From the NCBI GenBank assembly GCA_965215335.1, contig CBDCDA010000002.1:1056001-1120000 (forward strand): 64,000 bases of DNA, written 5' to 3'. The first letter of the stretch is position 1. Each line of letters starts with the position of its first letter. Both the position numbers and the translations under genes were made by a program. Source of the DNA: an uncultured Candidatus Entotheonella sp. (GTDB taxonomy: Bacteria; Tectomicrobia; Entotheonellia; Entotheonellales; Entotheonellaceae). Positions 58,123 to 64,000 of the stretch are shown here, piece after piece. The notes beneath the pieces were generated by a model. The model was not told where the DNA came from, searched no databases, and saw only the letters and a list, made by a program, of their open reading frames with translations.

Positions 58123-58494
58123 TTACAAGAACATCCCTGGAGGCCGTGCCCGGAGTGCACGATGAGGGAAGGCTTGTAGGGGGCTGCGTCGAGCAGGGAG
58201 AGCGCCGGGGCTTTCATAGTCGAGATCGAGCCAGAGGCCGGGCACGCCGATGATGTCGTCGGTCTTGCCGCGTGTGCGCCCGTTGTCGGGCTGTTGTCGC
58301 CAGATGCCGAGGCCAAAGTAGCAGTTCTGCTCAAGGTCGAGTTCGGGGATAGGGTCGGTGACGGGAAACCAGAGGGTTTGTCGGCTTGGGGTGTAGAAGA
58401 TGGTGAGCCAGCCGGATTCGGCGTCGCCGTAGAGGATCTCCTTGAACATCTGCGGCCCTATGGAAATCTCGGGTGGCATTTCCTGCTGTTGCAT
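58123..58494 (-). pseudogene. Truncated primase/RepB-like replication protein N-terminus
   Basis: NCYFG, GKTDDI..VPGLWLDLD (AEP-like DxD motif); coding signal lost near 58200. Confidence 0.5.
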
Positions 58495-58654
58495 GGTATG
58501 TTTCCTTCGCCAAGTATGGTGCTTTCAAGTTACCGTCATGAGCTTTGTGGCGTAACGAATCCGCTGCTCCCATTCCGGCCAGAATGGGGGCAGTTCCGTT
58601 TATGCTCCTTATTGCCTGCCGCGTGTTACACCTCCTTCCTTAGGCGAGGCGAAA

Positions 58655-58795
58655 TTGTCCGCTTTTTGTCCGTGAAAAAAGGTTCGGCGTTTCCGCCAGT
58701 TTTTGGCACTACCCCGTCAAATTACTGAAATTGAAGGAAATGGGCGGAATCTGAAGGAAGGTTCAGGGGGCGGGTAGTTCATCATCGAGGAGATG
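58655..58795. promoter_or_regulatory. attR: arm-type sites and core
   Basis: TTGTCCGC/TTGTCCGTG pair 58655-58674 matches the attL pair; core 58784-58795. Confidence 0.75.
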
Positions 58796-58800
58796 CAGTG

Positions 58801-59547
58801 ATGGTCATGGCAACGTTCAAGCTGTGGCGCGGCGACCGCGAGGCGGGTCGCTTCGAGGACTATCAAACGGACATCACCGAGGGGATGGTCGTGCTCGACG
58901 CGGTGCACCAGATCCAGGCCGAACAGGCCCACGACCTCGCCGTGCGCTGGAATTGCAAGGCTGGCAAGTGCGGTTCATGCTCCGCCGAGGTGAACGGCAG
59001 CCCGAAACTCATGTGCATGACCCGCTGCAGCGACATCCCGATGGACAGGCCGGTGACCATCGAGCCGATGAAGGCGTTTCCGCTGATCAAGGACCTCGTC
59101 ACCGACGTGTCGTGGAATTTCCAGGTCAAGAAGCAGATCAAACCCTTCAAGCCCCGACAACCCGATGCGGACGACGGCACGTGGCGCATGGCGCAGGCCG
59201 ACATCGACCGCGTGCAGGAATTCCGCAAGTGCATCGAGTGCTTCCTGTGCCAGGACGTCTGCCACGTGCTGCGCGAGCATCAGTTGCACGACGCCTTCAT
59301 CGGCCCACGCTTCTTCGTGTACGGGGCCTCCCTGGAAATGCACCCGCTGGACGTCGAAAACCGCCTCGGCGACCTCAAGGACACCGACGGCATCGGCTAC
59401 TGCAACATCACCAAATGCTGCACCAAGGTCTGCCCCGAGGACATCACCATCACCGACAACGCCATCATTCCCCTCAAGGAACGCGTGGTCGATGAGTTCT
59501 ATGACCCGTTGCAGAAACTCTTCCGCATTTTCAAGCCGAAGCGCTGA
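58801..59547 (+). CDS. sdhB: Succinate dehydrogenase/fumarate reductase iron-sulfur subunit
   Basis: CKAGKCGSC...C, CIECFLCQDVC, CNITKCCTKVCP. Confidence 0.95.
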   Translation: MVMATFKLWRGDREAGRFEDYQTDITEGMVVLDAVHQIQAEQAHDLAVRWNCKAGKCGSCSAEVNGSPKLMCMTRCSDIPMDRPVTIEPMKAFPLIKDLVTDVSWNFQVKKQIKPFKPRQPDADDGTWRMAQADIDRVQEFRKCIECFLCQDVCHVLREHQLHDAFIGPRFFVYGASLEMHPLDVENRLGDLKDTDGIGYCNITKCCTKVCPEDITITDNAIIPLKERVVDEFYDPLQKLFRIFKPKR

Positions 59548-59687
59548 CCCGCCTCCGAATTTCCTTCCACGGACCTGTCCCCCCTGGAGGGTGGCGTTCG
59601 TCCGCCCTCAAGAGGTTGTTCTTCTTTGAAAATATCGAACCAGGACGTGTCCGTATCGGGCGGGCAGGGGCGGGATGCCCAGGCACG

Positions 59688-59720
59688 AAAAAGGGGCCTC
59701 GGGTTTCCCCGAGGCCCCTT
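59688..59720 (-). terminator. Intrinsic terminator downstream of pqqA
   Basis: 13-bp perfect stem AAGGGGCCTCGGG/CCCGAGGCCCCTT with a U-tract on the minus strand. Confidence 0.8.
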
Positions 59721-59737
59721 GCGCATCAACAATCGTT

Positions 59738-59812
59738 TTAGCGATTGAGGATGTACATCGTGAGCTCAAAACCGAAACGCTTGTCCTGATAAGCGGGCTT
59801 GGTCCACTTCAT
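59738..59812 (-). CDS. pqqA: PQQ precursor peptide PqqA (24 aa, MKWTKPAYQDKRFGFELTMYILNR)
   Basis: W.KP.Y.D.R.GFE.TMY..NR pattern with ExxxY; AAGGAG RBS 8 nt upstream; not in the ORF track. Confidence 0.93.
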   Translation of the reverse strand: MKWTKPAYQDKRFGFELTMYILNR

Positions 59813-59899
59813 TGGCGCATCTCCTTGAGAATTACTTCCCATGGTTGTCATTCTCCCCCTTCGGCAGGGAAACTCATCAACATCAGTTCCCAATGTTTC

Positions 59900-59915
59900 T
59901 GCAAGCTGTGTGCCA
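59900..59915 (-). promoter_or_regulatory. sigma54 (-24/-12) promoter of pqqA
   Basis: TGGCAC-ACAGC-TTGCA on the minus strand, exact consensus. Confidence 0.85.
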
Positions 59916-59994
59916 GAATTTGTCCAGTCTTCTATTTCACGATAATCAAAGCAGTTACGGCGTCAGACTGTCCATCCGGTTCTTGTCAAACCCC

Positions 59995-60109
59995 TGCGCC
60001 TTTTGGCGCACCCCTTTCTCAAAATTACTCTTGAATTTCCATAATTCAAGTAATTGTGGTGATTTATGGGGATGCGTCCCAAATTTCCAGGTGCGCCTTT
60101 TGACGCACC
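59995..60109. promoter_or_regulatory. Two palindromic enhancer-like (UAS) sites
   Basis: TGCGCC-TTTT-GGCGCA (59995-60010) and GGTGCGCC-TTTT-GACGCACC (60090-60109). Confidence 0.65.
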
Positions 60110-60126
60110 CCTTTTCTGAAGGTGGA

Positions 60127-61563
60127 TCAGGATTCGGTGGGGTCAGTGGATTTCTGTTGCATCAGACGTTTGTTTAGCGCTCGCCGGGTGAGGCCAAGCA
60201 TGCCGGCGGCGATGCCCTGATTGCCGCCGGCGCGTTGCATGGCCTCAGCGACCAGCGCCTGCTCGGCTTCTTTCAGGGTTGGCAGGCGGTCGGGGAAGAG
60301 GGACGACAGGTTTTCCAGCGCGGCGCTCGCTTGCGGGCCGCCGTCGGGACCGTTGCGGCGGTCGAAGGCAATGGACCTGAAGGTTTTGAGCGGCAGGACG
60401 CCGCTTTGGTGCTGGGCGACGGCGTCGAAGATCATCGCTTCCAGCTCGCGCACGTTGCCGGGGAACGTATACGTTTTGAGCAGGCGATACAGTTCCATCG
60501 GCGGTGTCGGTGTGGGCTTGCTCAACTCCTGAGCGGCCTTTTCCAGGAAATGGTTGATCAGCAGCGGCAGGTCTTCCCGGCGCTCGCGCAGCGGCGGGAT
60601 GTGCAGGTGGTGCGCTCGCAGGCGGTAATACAGGTCCTTGCGAAACGCCCCGGCGTTGACCCGCTCCACGATGTCCACGTTGGTCGCCACGATAACGCGT
60701 GCGCTGCTCTGTCGCGGGTTGTCGGCGCCGAGCGGGTAATACGTCCCCTCCTGCAGCAGGCGCAGCAATTTCACCTGCGACGGGATAGCCAGGTCGCCGA
60801 TCTCGTCCAGGAACAGGGTGCCGTCGGCAGCCTGGGTGATCAGCCCGCTTCTCGCTTGGTCGGCGCCGGTAAAGGCGCCCTTGGTGTGGCCGAACAGGGT
60901 GTCGGAGAACATCGTATCGTCCAGCCCGGCGACATTGACGGCGACCAGTTCCCCCTGTCCGCGCGACACCGTATGCACCGAGCGCGCCAGCAGTTCCTTG
61001 CCGGTGCCTGTCTCGCCGGTGACCAGCACCGGCTGGCGCGACGCGGCAATGGCCTCGACGTAGCGAAAAATGGCGTGCATCGCCTTGCTCTGCGTCACGA
61101 TGGCGGTAAAGGCGTCGCGCTGGTCGAGCTTTTCGGTCAGCAGGTGCTCCTTCAGCGACAGCACCTCGTCGCGCAGGTTGCGGATTTCCAGCGCCCGCGT
61201 CACCGACGACACGAAGCGGTTCTTCTCCACCGGTTTGACGAGGTAGTCGATGGCGCCGCCCTGCATGCACTGCACGGCGGTGTCGAGGTCGTTGGTGGCG
61301 GTCATCAGGATCACCGGCACGTCGGGATACCCGGCGGCGACCTGCGCCAGCAGGTCCTGGCCGGTGATGTGCGGCATGGCGAGGTCGAGCACGACGACGC
61401 CCACGTCCTGCTCGCTCAGCAGCGGCATGACCTCACGGCTGTCGTCGAGGGTGACGACATGCTTGACGCCCGAGGAGCGCAGCAACACGCTGGCGCTACG
61501 CAACAGCTGCGGCTCGTCGTCCACCAGCAGAATGGGGAGTGGCGATGAAGCGGTAGACGCCAT
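60127..61563 (-). CDS. sigma54-dependent response regulator (NtrC family)
   Basis: Receiver LLVDDE/VLDLAMP, GETGTGKE, GAFTGA, FLDEIGD, PGNVREL, Fis-type HTH. Confidence 0.95.
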   Translation of the reverse strand: MASTASSPLPILLVDDEPQLLRSASVLLRSSGVKHVVTLDDSREVMPLLSEQDVGVVVLDLAMPHITGQDLLAQVAAGYPDVPVILMTATNDLDTAVQCMQGGAIDYLVKPVEKNRFVSSVTRALEIRNLRDEVLSLKEHLLTEKLDQRDAFTAIVTQSKAMHAIFRYVEAIAASRQPVLVTGETGTGKELLARSVHTVSRGQGELVAVNVAGLDDTMFSDTLFGHTKGAFTGADQARSGLITQAADGTLFLDEIGDLAIPSQVKLLRLLQEGTYYPLGADNPRQSSARVIVATNVDIVERVNAGAFRKDLYYRLRAHHLHIPPLRERREDLPLLINHFLEKAAQELSKPTPTPPMELYRLLKTYTFPGNVRELEAMIFDAVAQHQSGVLPLKTFRSIAFDRRNGPDGGPQASAALENLSSLFPDRLPTLKEAEQALVAEAMQRAGGNQGIAAGMLGLTRRALNKRLMQQKSTDPTES

Positions 61564-61582
61564 GCTTGGGGTTCTCCTCGTG

Positions 61583-63292
61583 CTAAACCTGCAGGGCTTC
61601 CGACGTGGGCGCTGGCGATTCGGCTGGACACGGCAGCGTCACCCGCACCCGGGTGCCCTGGCCGGGGACGGAGTCGAACATCAGGTTGCCGCCGTGGTCA
61701 CGCACCAGCGTGTACGTGATGGCGAGGCCGAGGCCCGTGCCGCCCTGCTCCTGCCTGGTCGTGAAAAACGGGTCGCACAGCCGTTCGACGTTTTCCTGCG
61801 GGATGCCGACGCCAGTGTCCCGCACCTCGATCTCGACGGCGCGGTCGTCCTGATTATACCGCGTCGATACGGTTACCTGTCCACCCTCCTCCGGCAGCGC
61901 CTCCAGGGCATTGGTGATGAGATTGACCACTACCTGCTCGATCTGTTGCATGTCGCCTTGCAACGGCGGCAGCCCCTCGGCGAGCTCCGCCTGGAAATCG
62001 CTCCTCTTGGCGGTGCGATGACGCAACAGGTTCACCGCCCGCTGCACCGCCTCGTTGACCTGCAAGGCGGTCTGCACGGCCTGCTGCCGGGGGCGCGCGA
62101 AATCCTTCAGATTGCTGACAATGCGCTCGATGCGCTGCGCGCCGGCGTGCATGTCGCGGATGAGGTCGGGCACCGTCTCGCGCATTTCCGCATATGGCAG
62201 CCCGCCGATCAGAAACTCGCCGTTTTCGTCGTGGTAATCCTCCAGTATGGACTGTGCGTCGCCCCACGCCTCGGCCAGCACGCGCGCATTCATCATCGTC
62301 AGATTGTTCGGGTTGTTGACCTCGTGCGCCACGCCGGCGACCAGCGTGCCCAGCGCCGTCATCTTGTTGGCCTGAATCAGTTGCAATTCCTGCTCATACG
62401 CCTTTTCTTCCAGGCGCGTGCGTTCGTCCATCTCGCGGCGCAAGCTGGCATTGGCGCGCCCGAGGTCGCGGGCGTTAGCGCGGAGGCGATTGAACAGGTA
62501 TACGAGGTAGGCCAGCAGCACGACGGCCACCAGATACAACAGGATGCGGTAGGTCTGCGCCCGTGCTTCCATTTGGCCGTAGTACTGCAGCGAGGCGTCG
62601 CGCAGCGCACGCACTCGCTCCGTGGTGGGGGCAGCAAGCAGCTGACGTAGCAGGTCGTCCACTTCCGGCAGCACGTCCACGATCAGGTGGCCGTGCAAGA
62701 CCAGGGTGTGCAGGTCGTGCTGAAACAGGGGAGCGCCGGTCATGTGGTTGAGCGCCGTTCTGATCTCGTTGCTGACCTCCCGCTGCGGCGTGCGCACGAA
62801 GCGCAGCATGGCGTTGGACAGGGTGCCGACGGCCGCGGCCACGGCGCGGTCGTTCACCGCCGTCCGGGTGCTGAGGGTGTGGCCGGTGTGCAGGAAATAC
62901 ATCAGCGAGTTGCGCAGCAGAGCGTTATCGGCCTTGAAGTATTCGAGTAGCGTTTCCTTGTCCTGCACGGCGCGCGACAGGTCCACAACGTGCCCGCCGA
63001 TGGCCGCGTCGAGCTCCTCGGACGCCGTCTCGCTCCAGGATTCCAGGTCTTCCAGGGCGCGGTACAGCCCGTCCGTGGCTTCCGACAACGAATCGTAATG
63101 GGCCAGCAAACCGGCGCGGGCGAGCAATACGTCACGGTTCAGCTCGGCATCATGCACTTCAAAGGCGTGCAGCGCCTCGTACATGCGTTCCCGCAGACTC
63201 GCATCCGGGTTTTGACTGCGAAGCAGCAAAAACGTCAGCAGCAGCAAGAGGCCGGTGACGACCAGCAGCCGCTTCCACGGGATGCGTCTCAC
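61583..63292 (-). CDS. Sensor histidine kinase with all-helical (DAHL-like) periplasmic domain
   Basis: Two TMs; LLRNSL.YF helical sensor; AHEVNNP, NLITNA, DTG.GI, FFTT, GTGLGL. Confidence 0.88.
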   Translation of the reverse strand: MRRIPWKRLLVVTGLLLLLTFLLLRSQNPDASLRERMYEALHAFEVHDAELNRDVLLARAGLLAHYDSLSEATDGLYRALEDLESWSETASEELDAAIGGHVVDLSRAVQDKETLLEYFKADNALLRNSLMYFLHTGHTLSTRTAVNDRAVAAAVGTLSNAMLRFVRTPQREVSNEIRTALNHMTGAPLFQHDLHTLVLHGHLIVDVLPEVDDLLRQLLAAPTTERVRALRDASLQYYGQMEARAQTYRILLYLVAVVLLAYLVYLFNRLRANARDLGRANASLRREMDERTRLEEKAYEQELQLIQANKMTALGTLVAGVAHEVNNPNNLTMMNARVLAEAWGDAQSILEDYHDENGEFLIGGLPYAEMRETVPDLIRDMHAGAQRIERIVSNLKDFARPRQQAVQTALQVNEAVQRAVNLLRHRTAKRSDFQAELAEGLPPLQGDMQQIEQVVVNLITNALEALPEEGGQVTVSTRYNQDDRAVEIEVRDTGVGIPQENVERLCDPFFTTRQEQGGTGLGLAITYTLVRDHGGNLMFDSVPGQGTRVRVTLPCPAESPAPTSEALQV

Positions 63293-64000
63293 GATGCGTC
63301 CTCGCCTGGAAGGGTCAGCAACTGCCCCTGGTATTCGCCGGTGAGCGTGTGCAGGAACTGCACGATGAGCTCGATCTCTTCAGTATGCAGCGGTCTGCCG
63401 AGTTGTCGGGTGGCCATCAGGTCCACCGCGGTTTCGAGGGTTTGCACGCGTCCGTCGTGGTAATAGGGCGCCGTCACCGCCACGTTGCGCAAGCTGGGCA
63501 CGCGGAACACCTGCCGGTCGCGTTCCGCGCCGGTGACGCCGAAGCGGCCCACGTCTTCGTCATCGTGCCGTCTGTCCTGGCTGCGGAAGATGCCGAAGCG
63601 CTGGAACATGTTGCCGCCCACGTTGACGCCCTGGTGGCAGGCGACGCAGCCATAGGATTTGAACAATTCGTAGCCCCGTTTTTCATCATCGCCGAGCGCG
63701 TCGGCGTTGCCGCGCAGATGCTGGTCGAAACGCGAATTGGGCGTGATCAGCGAGCGCTCGAAGCTGGCCACGGCGTGCAGCGTGTTCGCCCGCGTCAGCC
63801 CGCCGGGGTAGGCGGCGTTGAAGGCGCTCACGTAGTCGGCGTCGGCCTGCAGCTTGGGCAGAACGTCCGCCCAATCGCTATTCATGATGGTGGGATCGTG
63901 GATGGCGGCCTCGACTTCCGCTTCGAGCGTGCGGAAGCCGCCATCCCAGTGGAAGCGCGAATTCAACGCCACGTTGAAAACCGTCGGGGTGTTGCGCAGA
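63289..64000 (-). CDS. Di-haem cytochrome c peroxidase/MauG-family protein (partial, continues beyond window)
   Basis: NTPTVFN, WDG, CVACH, FRVPSLRNVAVTAPYYHDG; 4-bp overlap with the kinase. Confidence 0.88.
   Translation of the reverse strand, partial: LRNTPTVFNVALNSRFHWDGGFRTLEAEVEAAIHDPTIMNSDWADVLPKLQADADYVSAFNAAYPGGLTRANTLHAVASFERSLITPNSRFDQHLRGNADALGDDEKRGYELFKSYGCVACHQGVNVGGNMFQRFGIFRSQDRRHDDEDVGRFGVTGAERDRQVFRVPSLRNVAVTAPYYHDGRVQTLETAVDLMATRQLGRPLHTEEIELIVQFLHTLTGEYQGQLLTLPGEDAS

Larger units (their letters stand above)
47217..58795. mobile_element. Decayed integrative island inserted in the 3' end of sdhA
   Basis: 12-bp direct repeat ATCGAGGAGATG at 47217-47228 and 58784-58795; integrase at the left end; splits sdhA from sdhB. 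Confidence 0.9.

Noticed and set aside
47217..58795. Island as a prophage
   Set aside because: No capsid, terminase, tail or lysis genes

Overview
GC-rich bacterial chromosomal segment. Gene content resembles sponge-associated Tectomicrobia/Entotheonella-like genomes, but this is an impression only. 1-47 kb is mostly housekeeping and metabolic: hflKC, purQ, purB, serS, gcvH with a lipoyl-transferase, lnt, a ferredoxin, apbC, GH15, a pseudo-receiver/pyruvate kinase fusion, csp, fxsA, ppk2 and an MMPL lipid-transport triplet. It also holds a BglII-like/MT-A70 restriction-modification pair, several IS scars and a MITE. A succinate dehydrogenase operon (anchor-sdhA-sdhB) is split by an ~11.6 kb decayed tyrosine-integrase island inserted in the last codons of sdhA. 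The island is flanked by the 12-bp direct repeat ATCGAGGAGATG (47217 and 58784) and has arm-type and IHF-consensus sites. It carries IS elements, two toxin-antitoxin modules (one scrambled by a reconstructable 349-bp inversion), restriction-modification debris and an intact secreted 15-aa-repeat protein. At the right end a 24-codon pqqA gene, absent from the ORF track, has a consensus sigma54 promoter, two palindromic enhancer-like sites and a terminator. It lies directly downstream of a cytochrome-c-peroxidase-like / histidine kinase / NtrC-type activator operon, a candidate redox-sensing circuit controlling PQQ precursor supply. No rRNA, tRNA or CRISPR array was recognised.
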